Below are positions 8,622 to 18,824 of a stretch of DNA of 64,000 bases, piece by piece (position 1 is the stretch's first letter; every line of letters starts with the position of its first letter). The stretch comes from Candidatus Latescibacterota bacterium (lineage in GTDB: Bacteria; Latescibacterota; UBA2968; GCA-2709665): NCBI GenBank assembly GCA_965237675.1, contig OZ250150.1, forward strand, positions 5,184,001 through 5,248,000, written 5' to 3'. The position numbers and the translations under genes are program-made. Below the pieces are notes generated by a model that saw only the letters and a program-made list of their open reading frames with translations, was not told where the DNA came from and made no database searches.

Positions 8622-11600
8622 TCATTTTTGCACCACAAACGTGGTTTCCTTCACAAAGGACTTTCCGCTGTTTAAATCCGTTACCTCCACCGTCAGGTAA
8701 TGTCTTCCCGACCATGCCTCTCCCAGTTCCAGTTCCGTATACGCGACTTCCGAATCCTGGAAGCCAAGTTGCTCATACCCGACCGCAACCTCCGTTTTGT
8801 TCGACCGTCCCCTGAGCGTTTGAGCCAACCTCGAAAGTACGCCGCCGGACTTCGGACCCATCGTGTACTCCACCCTGTACTGGGTCTGTCCGAAATTGTC
8901 CTTTTTCAGGTTGTAGATCTCGTAATACACAAACACGTTCTGACCCGTCCCATATGTTCGAGAGGGCATCGGTACCACGTTCAACCCGTGTTTTCCGAAC
9001 TTGCCAAGATTGGCGGCGGCCTCGCTTACGTTATAGGCCAACTCCAGGTCGCTCACACGAAGACCCTCTTTATGGTAAGACTCCACGACCACCTGCTGAC
9101 GGTAGATTCCCAATCGTCCCGTCATGCGGTCACGCGCCTTCACCTCCAGCCTGTAGACGCCCGGCGGCACTTCCAGCCTGACCACGTCCGGGAGGACCAC
9201 GTCCGGGCCCGTACGATTGCCCGGCCGTTTGTAAAACACCTCGGCCGTCTTCCGGTAAACCTTGCCCGAGAGGGACGAGAGCAACGCCAGTTGCCGCCGG
9301 ACCGCCACCTGTGTGACGTTGTGTTCGGCCAGGTAGTTTGTCGCCGCGCACGGAATGCCGTAGTAGATCTCCAGCACGCTCTTTCCGTCGGCACCTTTGA
9401 AATCGGCCAACGTGTAGTGAAAATCGTAGGGGGTCTGGCCGTATTCCGGCGCGTAGAAGTCCGGGGCTAGCGCAACCGCCTGATGGAAGACCTTTTCAGG
9501 TGAAAAACGACGAAACCGCGTTATCTGCTCGACATTCAAATCAGGTGCATTCGGAACCGGCGTAAAATCAAAAATCCTGGAGTTGAACTCGTCGGTAAAC
9601 GAGATTTCGATGCCCCCGTCGATGTTCAGGTAAATCCAGGACGCCCACGGCGTGGACCCCAGGTCCGCGCCGGCGGCAAGTACCGGATTGAAACCCGAAC
9701 CCGCGAAAATGTCCGTGTTGATACGGGACGGCGCAGGACCGAAGACCAGGTTTTCCGGGGCACTCTGTCCGATATCTCCTGCCTCGCCGATCGTCCTTCC
9801 GGCGCTTGGACCTTCCGGGTCGCTCCGATCCGTAGAGGAACCGCCATCGCGGCTTCCCTCCGTCGTTGTCATCTGCCGCAGATTCGAATCGGCGCCGTCA
9901 GGATCTCCCCCGGTAAACGCGTCGCGCTCACCCTCAATTCCGAAATCCGATGAGGCGCTCTCGAAACCCAGAATATCGCGCTGCAAGGAAAAGTTGCGAA
10001 CCGGGAACACAGGCCCCATAAAGGAGGCACCGATCGCCTGCGTTCCGTAAAGCTGGGTCGCGAGCCGCTCCTTTACGCGCAACACGGATAGATCCTGCTT
10101 CGCATTGAAGTTGTGCGAACTGGTCACGTGGTCCGGTTCTCCAAACCGTATGTACACCTCACCGCGCCGGTCCCACGGATCCTTGCCTTCGGAGAACTGC
10201 ATAATGGCATACCAGACTCGACGGTAGTGTTCCAGCAGCCGTTCGTTTACCGGCGTGCCAATATCCGGATCACGTACGTTCCAGAACCGTTCCAGAAACG
10301 CTTTCCGTGCCGCGCCCGACGTCTGTTCGTATTCGGCCAATTCCTCGGGCGACGCAATCAGTCCAATGTCAAAATAAAGCGACTGCTGCTCCTGCTCCAG
10401 CCGGGAAATGTAGGTTGAGAAAAACCCCATCGCCATATCGTACTTGTCGCGCTTGGCGCAGGCCTGAGCCACGATCGGCATCAGCTCGATTGCATCGGGA
10501 TACTCCCGTGTAAATGTCTGAATCTTATCTAAAATCCGATCGTAGTCCTTGACCTTCAGGTACGCGTACCCGAGCCGCCTGCCCACTTTCTGATCGGCCG
10601 GCCGCATCGCGAGGTACCGGGTATACCAGACAATGGCTTCCTCGTAATCCTCCATAAAATTGGCGTACCAGTCTCCCATCAACAGATAGGCATCGGCGTA
10701 CTCCGGATCCGTCTTCAACACCCGGTCCAACTCCGGCTTCACATCGTGCTCGTTCAGCATGTACCGCACGAGGGCGATCTTATACCGGGCATCCACGAAA
10801 TCCCGATCCCGGATAAGCGCCTTCCTGAAATAGGTAATCGCCTGGTAGCGTTCGTTGTGGAGTTCCATCAACACGAGGCCCAGACCGTAATAAGGCTCGG
10901 GGTCCTTCCCTGTCAGCGCGGCCGCCTTCTTGAATGCCCATCTTGCGCCCCTGTAGTATTTATCCTCCAAAAACGCATACCCCAGCTTCAGGTGTGCGTC
11001 TTTATCTCCAGAACGTTGATGCGCGACCACGCGGAGCGGAAATATCGCCCCCTCCACGTCTTTGCTCTCCAACCGTTCCGCGCCCAGACTGAAGAGCGAA
11101 TCGACCTGCGCATGGGGCATCGCCCGGGCCTGAACAGCATATCCGCCCGGGCCCCCGATCAGATGTTGAACGCGGCCCCGGTGCCAGTAACAACTCAATA
11201 TTGAATCGCCCGGATGGAAATTTGGATGGAAATAGTATCCAATCTCGGGCATATGCGGCTCGTCAGTTGCCGGACATTGGAAAAGACGCAAGAGCAATCC
11301 CATCTCCCGCTCGCTCGCAGGTCCTTCCTCCTGCTGCTGTGCCAACTTGCCGGAAGACCATTTCAGAAGAGCGCCCAGGTTCACGGACAGATCGTGGTCA
11401 TGGGCGGAGATGAACGCTGAGATCAAGTCTCCCAGGACGAGCAGGCGTTCCGAGCAAACCGCTTCCTCCAGGGCCTCGTCGTTTATAATAAGGCTTCGTA
11501 TGGCATCGATATAGCCCTGGCAGCTTCCCCTGGACAGACCCACTGCGGCATATGTCTTTCGTATATCCTTAAAACCGCTGACGGATTCCCTGTAGGCATC

Positions 11601-12371
11601 CCGAGCGCTGCGGTACTGGCCCCGGTGCATGGCGTGATGACCCCGCACCCACCAGTTCAGCGCCTGGTGAACCATCAGCATTGCCGCATCAATCTCCGTC
11701 TCCCGAACCGGTGCCGGGCGTCTTCCGCCACCTGTCATGCGCGGAACCGGCCAGGCGGGCACTTCACTGCCGTCCATTCCCACGCAATACAACGTGCCGT
11801 CCAACAGACCGGCCACGGCATCCGCACTCGGAGACCAATTGAGAGGGCCTCGCACGTGTCCCCGCACAAGCAACCGGGCACGCCCGAATGCATCAACGGT
11901 CCACAAACCGTGGTGATCCGTTACAGCCAGGCGGCGGCCGTCCGGGGCAACCGCCATATCGACCGGATCCATTCCCCTGGGCAACGGCCAGAGGGACTCT
12001 CCTGATTCGTCAATTCGCCAGACGCGGTTGCGGAGGAGGGGAAGCCGCCGCTGATTGCGCGTATCGGACGTCAGCCTGCCCACCGGCGTGGTGCCGAACG
12101 CGACGTGATCGAGTCCTCGCTCCAGATAGACCAACCCATCTCCAGGCAGAAATCCCACATCTCCGGGCGGACCCAGATAGATACCCACCCTCGTGGGCAT
12201 GGTCCCATCGGAGCGGCCGTGCCATACCTGTGTCAACAGGACCTTTGGCTTGCCGCCCGGTACCAGCCAGACTGCCCGCTGCCCATCCGGCGAGTAGACC
12301 GCGGCCGGGGCGCCGTACGTCCTGGCTGCAAGGCCCAGCAGGGCTACGATTAAGGCGCAATTTCTTAACAA
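8622..12371 (-). CDS. GWxTD-like domain protein with propeller-like N-terminus and TPR repeats
   Basis: Signal peptide and TPRs. FWNVRDPD...NERLLEHYRRVWYA...WDRRGEVYIRFGEPD. C-terminal Ig-like region. TTG start with GGAGG RBS. Confidence 0.85.
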   Translation of the reverse strand: MLRNCALIVALLGLAARTYGAPAAVYSPDGQRAVWLVPGGKPKVLLTQVWHGRSDGTMPTRVGIYLGPPGDVGFLPGDGLVYLERGLDHVAFGTTPVGRLTSDTRNQRRLPLLRNRVWRIDESGESLWPLPRGMDPVDMAVAPDGRRLAVTDHHGLWTVDAFGRARLLVRGHVRGPLNWSPSADAVAGLLDGTLYCVGMDGSEVPAWPVPRMTGGGRRPAPVRETEIDAAMLMVHQALNWWVRGHHAMHRGQYRSARDAYRESVSGFKDIRKTYAAVGLSRGSCQGYIDAIRSLIINDEALEEAVCSERLLVLGDLISAFISAHDHDLSVNLGALLKWSSGKLAQQQEEGPASEREMGLLLRLFQCPATDEPHMPEIGYYFHPNFHPGDSILSCYWHRGRVQHLIGGPGGYAVQARAMPHAQVDSLFSLGAERLESKDVEGAIFPLRVVAHQRSGDKDAHLKLGYAFLEDKYYRGARWAFKKAAALTGKDPEPYYGLGLVLMELHNERYQAITYFRKALIRDRDFVDARYKIALVRYMLNEHDVKPELDRVLKTDPEYADAYLLMGDWYANFMEDYEEAIVWYTRYLAMRPADQKVGRRLGYAYLKVKDYDRILDKIQTFTREYPDAIELMPIVAQACAKRDKYDMAMGFFSTYISRLEQEQQSLYFDIGLIASPEELAEYEQTSGAARKAFLERFWNVRDPDIGTPVNERLLEHYRRVWYAIMQFSEGKDPWDRRGEVYIRFGEPDHVTSSHNFNAKQDLSVLRVKERLATQLYGTQAIGASFMGPVFPVRNFSLQRDILGFESASSDFGIEGERDAFTGGDPDGADSNLRQMTTTEGSRDGGSSTDRSDPEGPSAGRTIGEAGDIGQSAPENLVFGPAPSRINTDIFAGSGFNPVLAAGADLGSTPWASWIYLNIDGGIEISFTDEFNSRIFDFTPVPNAPDLNVEQITRFRRFSPEKVFHQAVALAPDFYAPEYGQTPYDFHYTLADFKGADGKSVLEIYYGIPCAATNYLAEHNVTQVAVRRQLALLSSLSGKVYRKTAEVFYKRPGNRTGPDVVLPDVVRLEVPPGVYRLEVKARDRMTGRLGIYRQQVVVESYHKEGLRVSDLELAYNVSEAAANLGKFGKHGLNVVPMPSRTYGTGQNVFVYYEIYNLKKDNFGQTQYRVEYTMGPKSGGVLSRLAQTLRGRSNKTEVAVGYEQLGFQDSEVAYTELELGEAWSGRHYLTVEVTDLNSGKSFVKETTFVVQK

Positions 12372-12450
12372 ACCGTCCTCCAGACCTTACAGATGCCCGG
12401 ACAACACATCATGAGGAGTGGCGAAAATGAAGTCTTATAAGATAAGAAAG

Positions 12451-13677
12451 TTACCCCCCTTTAAACAACCCCTCATTTGCGATCACCTCCAACGCCTCGC
12501 CCATCGCACGGACGGCCTCATCGATATCCGCCTCGGTGTGCGAGAAATTGGTATAGCAGACCGAATAGATAATGATCCCCCGCTTCAGCACTTCCTCGTT
12601 GAACCTGAGAAACAGTCGGCCCGCGTCCGGATGGTCAAAGACCAGTTGCCCGACGGGAGACGCTCCCACGAAGCGCGCCGGCAGGCCCAATCGCTCGCTT
12701 TGGGCATTGAAGCCTTCGTGAAGCTGGTCGCCGCGCTTCCACAGGGTGCCGATCACATCCTCCTGTTCATACACGTCCAGCACCGCCCGCGCCGCCGCCA
12801 GCCCAAGCGTGTCCCCTCCGAAGGTGGACGACACGACGCAATCCTTCACCGTCTCCATCACCGCCGCATTCCCCACAAAACAGGACAGCGGCACTCCGTT
12901 CGACAGTCCCTTGGCAAACACCCCCAGGTCGGGAACGACCCCGAAATACTCCTGCGCGCCGGCGCGCCGCAGGCGGAACCCTGTCACGATTTCGTCGAAA
13001 ATGAGGACTGCCCCGTGCTGCTCCGTCAACGCCCGCAATTCCCTCAGAAAAGAACGCCCCTGTTCGATTTCCGCATATGCGCACGCCACGCTCACGGCCG
13101 CAATCTCACCCGGGGCCTCTTTGAACGCCTCGGCATACGGCCCGATGTTTCCCCACGGCAACGCCCTGTAGGTTTTCCGTGTTGCCTCCGGCACACCGAC
13201 TCGGGCCATCGTATTGATCCAGCCGTGGTATCCGCAGGTCAGGATAAGATCCCGCTCCGTAAACGCCCTTGAAAGGCGATGTGCGGCCGCCATCGCCTCT
13301 CCGCCGGTCTTCAGGAATCGAACCCGCTGGGCGCACGGCAGCACGTCGACCAACCGCTGCGCGACGTCAACCTCCAGCGGGTGGGGATAGCTGAACACGA
13401 TACCACTTTCCAGTTGCGCCCTGACGGCCTCATCCACCGCCGGAAACCGGTAACCGAGGGAAATGGGGCCCAGTCCGTTCCGGAAATCGATATATTCGTT
13501 GCCGTCGACATCCCACACCCGGCATCCGTCACCTCGAACCAGGTAGCACGGCTCCACACCGCGCAGCGTCTCCCTCGGCGCCTTGGAATGGGTCTGCGTG
13601 CCCAGCGGGATGACCGCCTGTGCCCTGTCGTACAGCTCCCACGAGCGGGCAACCGACCGCTCAACCATCGTTGCCAT
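12451..13677 (-). CDS. Class III PLP aminotransferase (GSA-aminomutase-like)
   Basis: WDVDGNEYID, KTGGEA, GYHGW, IFDEIVTGFR, PLP lysine in FAKGLSNG. Confidence 0.9.
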   Translation of the reverse strand: MATMVERSVARSWELYDRAQAVIPLGTQTHSKAPRETLRGVEPCYLVRGDGCRVWDVDGNEYIDFRNGLGPISLGYRFPAVDEAVRAQLESGIVFSYPHPLEVDVAQRLVDVLPCAQRVRFLKTGGEAMAAAHRLSRAFTERDLILTCGYHGWINTMARVGVPEATRKTYRALPWGNIGPYAEAFKEAPGEIAAVSVACAYAEIEQGRSFLRELRALTEQHGAVLIFDEIVTGFRLRRAGAQEYFGVVPDLGVFAKGLSNGVPLSCFVGNAAVMETVKDCVVSSTFGGDTLGLAAARAVLDVYEQEDVIGTLWKRGDQLHEGFNAQSERLGLPARFVGASPVGQLVFDHPDAGRLFLRFNEEVLKRGIIIYSVCYTNFSHTEADIDEAVRAMGEALEVIANEGLFKGG

Positions 13678-13758
13678 GATTTACCTCCCAAACGAACCTT
13701 TCCACGTGCGTCGGACGACAGAATATTCGGACCACACTTCGCACCCGCACGCCGCAGG

Positions 13759-15726
13759 TCAATACCCGTGAACTGAATGCCCGCCACCCGGAAACCAGAT
13801 CATATCCACAACCAACGAAACCCCCACGCCCGTGGAATAACCCACGAGAACACCGAGGAAGAACGGCACATAACGGCGGTAGAGCGCCGCTCCACCGATT
13901 CGCAGTATGAGGAATTTGATTGCCCATGCCAGAAAAACCGAAAAAACCGTATACCGTACAGACGTCCCGGTGCCCGCCAGCGCGAATCCAACGGGGTGGA
14001 AAGGCCACCACGGAAACCGGTACTTCAGAAACGTCAACAACGACATCACCGCCGCGCCAATGCCAAACAGGCTTAGTTGCAGGCGGTCGGGCGGCTCCGG
14101 GTTGTTCATCTGGGTCAACACGCCGGCAAAGCCGGACTTGCTATAGCGGGTGAATGGGTAGTCGTTGAAATTAAAGGCCCCGTATGTATAACCAAGGTAT
14201 AACGTGAACAGGATCGAGAACACACAACCCACGCCGAAAGCCAGCAACACCGCCCCAAGTACACGCCGCCGCCCATCCCTCGGGCATACATCCGCCAGTT
14301 TGGCGCCGTGGATTACCGACGGCATGAACAGACCCTTGCCGTAGGACGCGACGCCATTGGTGAATCCCAGCGTTGTCAGACTCGACCCCGACAGGTTCCG
14401 CGATCCGAACAGCGACGCGACAAACCGCTGAGGCCCCACCGGCATGCTGATAAATACCAGACCGACGTCCGAAACAATACGCGAGACCCCCAGATAAAGG
14501 ACGAAAGTCGCCAGAACAAACGCACACGCCAGGACAAGACTCATCCCGGCCTGCCACCACCAGAAAACTGCGAACAGCACGCACACAATCAGCCCGAACA
14601 CCGCCGTCCTGAAGGACATCATTTCATCTTTTTCGTCCAGCGGCTCGGCCCTCCCCAGCGCCTTCATAAAAACCGGTTTCAGGTGGTTCCGCGACGTCCA
14701 GAATCCCCATCCCACCATCGCAAAAAACGCACCCAGAGGCAGCCACTGGAAATCACCCGATGCGTGCGACCACGAACTGGCATTATATCCCAGCCGGTTC
14801 AGAATACCGCTGCGAATGATGAACAACAGATCAAAAAACCAGAGACTGAACAGCACGTCGATATTGGCAAAATAGCAGAAGGAAATCGTAAACATATTGA
14901 TCCGCGTCCATAGACCGGGGAAATAGCGTTCAAATTTGATCCATGGACCCCAGCGGATATTCGGAATCTGTGGAAAGCCGGGAACGAAGTAGTTTATCAT
15001 GTTCCAGGCCAGAATGCCAAACGCGACGCCGAATCCGATCCAGAACAACCGCGGAAAATTAAATGTCTCCGCGCGGACTGTAAGGTCCGTGACCGGGCGC
15101 AAAATCGGAAATGACAGGCGCTCACTTTCCACCCACTGCTTGCGCAAAATCACCGCCAGGCAGACCGAACCAAAAAACAGCGCGGTAATCAGCCCCATCC
15201 AGCAAACCACCGGCACAAACCAGACGTTCCAGGGAATTGAGTCGCCGGGCGGCAATCCTTCAAACAGGTGATTCAGCGCGCCGTTCGTGTTTCTGGGCGC
15301 CAGCCAGTGCGGAATATACGGATGGAAAAACTCTCCCCACTGATTCTCCGGCGTTGCGAAATAAAACGGCGCCGCGATTGCCCCAAGGAAATACCCCGTC
15401 AGACCCACGGACGGGATGGCGCCACCGACGAGGCCTCCCGCCAGCACCACCAGCAGTTCTGTTGACGATAACGCATATCGACGCGCGAGTAACCGGCACA
15501 GCGGATTCAGGCCCAGGGCAAGCAGGAGATAAAGCAGCAGAGTACCCATTGGAAAATGACTCAACGTCATTCGCGACGCATGGACAACGTACTCCACGTA
15601 ATTCACCACAAGGTTCACCCCGACCGCCAATCCCCCGGCCAAAAGAACGCTGCGTAGCGTCACCTCCTGCCTGTCAATCCGGCCCGTGACATCCGTCGCC
15701 ACGACGACCGCTGAATCTTCAGCCAC
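13759..15726 (-). CDS. DUF6785/DUF6784-like polytopic membrane protein (OPT-related putative transporter)
   Basis: Many TM helices. YFATPENQW, RKQWVESERLSFP, WWPFHPVGF, PFFLG. GTG start at 15726 follows a GGGAG RBS; the ORF-track start lies inside a REP. Confidence 0.8.
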   Translation of the reverse strand: MAEDSAVVVATDVTGRIDRQEVTLRSVLLAGGLAVGVNLVVNYVEYVVHASRMTLSHFPMGTLLLYLLLALGLNPLCRLLARRYALSSTELLVVLAGGLVGGAIPSVGLTGYFLGAIAAPFYFATPENQWGEFFHPYIPHWLAPRNTNGALNHLFEGLPPGDSIPWNVWFVPVVCWMGLITALFFGSVCLAVILRKQWVESERLSFPILRPVTDLTVRAETFNFPRLFWIGFGVAFGILAWNMINYFVPGFPQIPNIRWGPWIKFERYFPGLWTRINMFTISFCYFANIDVLFSLWFFDLLFIIRSGILNRLGYNASSWSHASGDFQWLPLGAFFAMVGWGFWTSRNHLKPVFMKALGRAEPLDEKDEMMSFRTAVFGLIVCVLFAVFWWWQAGMSLVLACAFVLATFVLYLGVSRIVSDVGLVFISMPVGPQRFVASLFGSRNLSGSSLTTLGFTNGVASYGKGLFMPSVIHGAKLADVCPRDGRRRVLGAVLLAFGVGCVFSILFTLYLGYTYGAFNFNDYPFTRYSKSGFAGVLTQMNNPEPPDRLQLSLFGIGAAVMSLLTFLKYRFPWWPFHPVGFALAGTGTSVRYTVFSVFLAWAIKFLILRIGGAALYRRYVPFFLGVLVGYSTGVGVSLVVDMIWFPGGGHSVHGY

Positions 15727-15776
15727 AGTGCATCTCCCTGCAGTTTTCGGACGCCTTCCTGGGCGACCCCGCCGAC

Positions 15777-15801
15777 GGGCAACCACAAGGGTTGCCCCTA
15801 C
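15777..15801 (-). repeat. GTAG-type REP palindrome
   Basis: Minus strand GTAGGGGCAACCCTTGTGGTTGCCC. Near-identical to 31818-31842. Confidence 0.8.
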
Positions 15802-16036
15802 AAGGCGTTATGTCCGCTCCCGGGAGCCGCCTGGAGACCGCAACATACAAAACGAGCTCGAAAAATACCAAAAGACCAGCCCGAACCATCTGTGCCGCCA
15901 TGTCGGGTGCCGATTCCGCCTCCGGTACCCCGGCAGGATTGGTATCCTGCGCCACAACGGTCTTCGACACCCTTTGATTTGCAGACGATTATTGTTTACT
16001 TTATTGAGAATATACAGGCGGAACAAGGGTTCTACA

Positions 16037-16267
16037 ATGCCGACGATATCCATTGAAGGGTATAAATTTCGGTTCTATTCTTCCGACCGGTTTGAACCGG
16101 CACATATACATGTGATAAAGGGAGGAAATGAAGCGAAAATCTGGCTTCAACCCATTGCAGTAGAATATAGCTATGGTTTCAACTCGACGGAACTGAATCG
16201 CATTGTCCGACTAACACATCGGTATCGCCAAAGATTACTGGAGTTCTGGAATGTCTATTTTACCTGA
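16037..16267 (+). CDS. DUF4160 domain protein (putative TA component)
   Basis: MPTISIEGYKFRFYSSDRFEPAHIHV..GNEAKIWL...LEFWN. AT-richer than its flanks; overlaps the next gene. Confidence 0.85.
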   Translation: MPTISIEGYKFRFYSSDRFEPAHIHVIKGGNEAKIWLQPIAVEYSYGFNSTELNRIVRLTHRYRQRLLEFWNVYFT

Positions 16268-16517
16268 AGAGATCACCGGTCAGGTCAAGGCAATCGGCGT
16301 TCGATTCGTCGAAAACACACTTTATGTAACATTGGACGACGGCCGAGAGATCAGCCTCTACATCCGCAGGTTCGATTGGCTGGACTGGCTTGCAAAGGCA
16401 ACTCCTGAACAACGGGCCAACTGGTCCATCGAACCCGGGGGCTTCGCCGTGTACTGGGAAGACCTGGACGACGGAATCGAAATCAGGCATCTATTAAGCA
16501 TGCAACCGCTGGGTTAG
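16251..16517 (+). CDS. DUF2442 domain protein (putative TA component)
   Basis: LYVTLDDGREI...LAKATPEQRANW...G.AVYWEDLDDGI. Confidence 0.87.
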   Translation: MSILPEEITGQVKAIGVRFVENTLYVTLDDGREISLYIRRFDWLDWLAKATPEQRANWSIEPGGFAVYWEDLDDGIEIRHLLSMQPLG

Positions 16518-16543
16518 TCGCCCGCGCTTTATACGGCATTCAA

Positions 16544-16717
16544 TTAATACCCGTGAATCGAATGTCCCTCGCCGGAAAACCAGATAATATCCAACACGAG
16601 CATTCCAGACACAAACAGACACGCCATCCCGGCCTCCATCCCCGCACGCCAAAACCAGCTCACCACAAATATAAGACTTCCAGCCAGCCCCAGCAACGCC
16701 GACCGACAGGGTGTCAT
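16544..16717 (-). pseudogene. 57-aa internally deleted remnant of a DUF6785-like paralog
   Basis: Manual translation MTPCRSALLGLAGSLIFVVSWFWRAGMEAGMACLFVSGMLVLDIIWFSGEGHSIHGY. Matches two separate parts of the 13759-15726 protein. Confidence 0.75.
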
Positions 16718-16742
16718 CTCCACCTACCCGAACACGACCTGT

Positions 16743-18359
16743 CTAAACGCCAGCCGCCCACGTGTTCCCGCCCGCCCGCACCTTCCCCCCCTCCGGCTTC
16801 AGATATTCCGCACAATGCGCGCCTCCCGCGACGCCCCCAACCACGTCCAATTCGTGCCCCATCTTAAGCAGCCCATCTTGAATGGCCTCGTCCAGTGATC
16901 TCGTCACCATCAGGGGCTCCTCCATCTGGACGTGCATCCGGGGGCCGGACACCGCCTCGCAGGAAGTTGCGCCGAAATCCACGATTTTCTGCGCGATCCG
17001 CGCATTCACACTCACAAGCCTGCGCCCTCCGGGCAACCCCGCCGCGACGTCGCGGTCCGGCATGCGAATCATCATCGGGGCCGTATTGTTCAAGGGCCGT
17101 TTTCCCGGCGCCACTGAATTCTTGCGTCCAGGCCGCGGATCCAGCCGGCACATCCCGTGCCCCAGAATCAACCCCGTACCGGGCACCGTGACCAGGGACC
17201 CGAATGCGCCACCCTGCGAAATCGTCACGGAAGCCACGTTGCCTTCCACGTCCGCCGCGGAAACATGGAGCGTCCCGGCTGTCGAATCCCCTTCAGGCCT
17301 CGGGGACCGGCGATCTACGTATTCCGGAAACTGCCGCACGGACTCCACGCGTCCTGCCGCGTAGTCTTTGCTCAGCAACCTCCGGACCTGAACATCCACG
17401 TGATCCGGATCCCCCAGATACAGCAGGCGATCGCGCCACGCCAATTTCAGCACTTCGGCCAGCCGGTGCCAGTACGTCACCGTATTTTCCGGCACAGGCT
17501 CGAAGCATTCCAGCATATTCAGAACCTGGAGCGCCGTCAGCCCACCGTTCGGCAATATCGCCGCATAGACGGTCGCATCGCGGTACGTGGTCTCGTAAGG
17601 CGCCGTCACACGCGGCTCATAGCGCGCCATATCCTCCCTGGTAAGCGCGCCCCCCGTAAGGCTGACGTGATCCGCGATCTTCCGCCCGATCTCCCCATCG
17701 TAGAAGTCCCGCCACCCCGCCTCACACGCACGCTTCAGAGATTTTTCCATATCCCGCCTGTGCCAGACGTCGTCCGCCCCGGGTAAACGCCCTTCCGGCA
17801 TCAGATGCTTCTCCGTTGCCGGAAACCGGCGAATTACCGCCTCCAGATTCCGGATCGAACCCGCGGTGGAGCCAAAGGGAAATCCATTTTCCAGCAACGT
17901 CAGGGACGGCGCCACGATATCCGACCACTTCAACCGGCCCCAACGCTCCCACAACACCCCCATCCCCGCCATCATTCCGGGCGGACCCACCGCCTGAGGT
18001 CCGTGCACGTTGGCGTTGCCCCGTACGGAACAGAGATATTCGTTCTCGTTGATCCCATTCGGTCCGTCCCGCATCGGCATCACGTCGTACATCGTCTCAC
18101 TCGCAGACGCGGGCGCGATCGAGTTCGCATCCAGAGACCACACCTTCCCGGACCGCCCGTCCAGCACCAGAGCGCACAGCACGTACCCCATCACGCCCGT
18201 GGACTGCGGCTGCAGCATACAGCAGGCCATACTGGTCGCGGCCGCTGCGTCCATCGCGTTTCCACCCTGCTCCAGTACGCGCGCACCCACCCGGGCCGCT
18301 TCTTCGGGGCCGGCCGCGACGGCGCCGCGGGACGCCAGGATCTCTCTCCCTTCAACCAT
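16743..18359 (-). CDS. ggt: Gamma-glutamyltransferase family protein
   Basis: GGNAMDAA, Ntn nucleophile GTLHVSAADVEGN, GAFGS, APGKRPLNN, GLPGG. ATG 18359 has a GGAG RBS. Confidence 0.88.
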   Translation of the reverse strand: MVEGREILASRGAVAAGPEEAARVGARVLEQGGNAMDAAAATSMACCMLQPQSTGVMGYVLCALVLDGRSGKVWSLDANSIAPASASETMYDVMPMRDGPNGINENEYLCSVRGNANVHGPQAVGPPGMMAGMGVLWERWGRLKWSDIVAPSLTLLENGFPFGSTAGSIRNLEAVIRRFPATEKHLMPEGRLPGADDVWHRRDMEKSLKRACEAGWRDFYDGEIGRKIADHVSLTGGALTREDMARYEPRVTAPYETTYRDATVYAAILPNGGLTALQVLNMLECFEPVPENTVTYWHRLAEVLKLAWRDRLLYLGDPDHVDVQVRRLLSKDYAAGRVESVRQFPEYVDRRSPRPEGDSTAGTLHVSAADVEGNVASVTISQGGAFGSLVTVPGTGLILGHGMCRLDPRPGRKNSVAPGKRPLNNTAPMMIRMPDRDVAAGLPGGRRLVSVNARIAQKIVDFGATSCEAVSGPRMHVQMEEPLMVTRSLDEAIQDGLLKMGHELDVVGGVAGGAHCAEYLKPEGGKVRAGGNTWAAGV

Positions 18360-18474
18360 TAAATGTCTCCCTGGCAAGTGGTTGATCGGAAATTTGGTAC
18401 GTTTTGAATGTTCATTGGACGGCAACCATAAGGGTCGTCGCAACAAACCTCAATACGAAAAAAGATAGCAGCGA

Positions 18475-18619
18475 AATTGGCCACAAAAAGCACAAAAGGC
18501 ACAGAAGGTATCGGTGCGAAACGGCGTGTGCCGCAACTCCGTGGTCCTGCAGTTATCTCGCTATCTCTCGGCTATACGCCTGTAAAGGGATAGCTGTTTT
18601 TGTGCCTTTTGTGGCAATT
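18475..18619. repeat. Inverted-repeat element with CACAAAA-type arms
   Basis: Left arm AATTGGCCACAAAAAGCACAAAAGGCACAGAA; right arm TTTTGTGCCTTTTGTGGCAATT. Confidence 0.65.
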
Positions 18620-18824
18620 AGCCTTTATTCGAAAAGTACAGCAAGGCGACACCGCGGCGAAAACTTCAGAAACCGGGTATAAAGGTCGTTCATTTAAACG
18701 TTTTCTCCGCTCACGTCCATTGACTTAAAGCATCCTGGAACTTCGACATCAACTCGCCTTTGTTCTTCAGTGTATATTCGATTCAAGGTCCCCGAAAAAT
18801 GACGGATCAAGGCCAAATAATCTG

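Noticed and set aside
12451-13677. Calling this gene hemL
   Set aside because: It is GSA-aminomutase-like but lacks the GGVNSPVR and GCYHGH signatures and any heme context.
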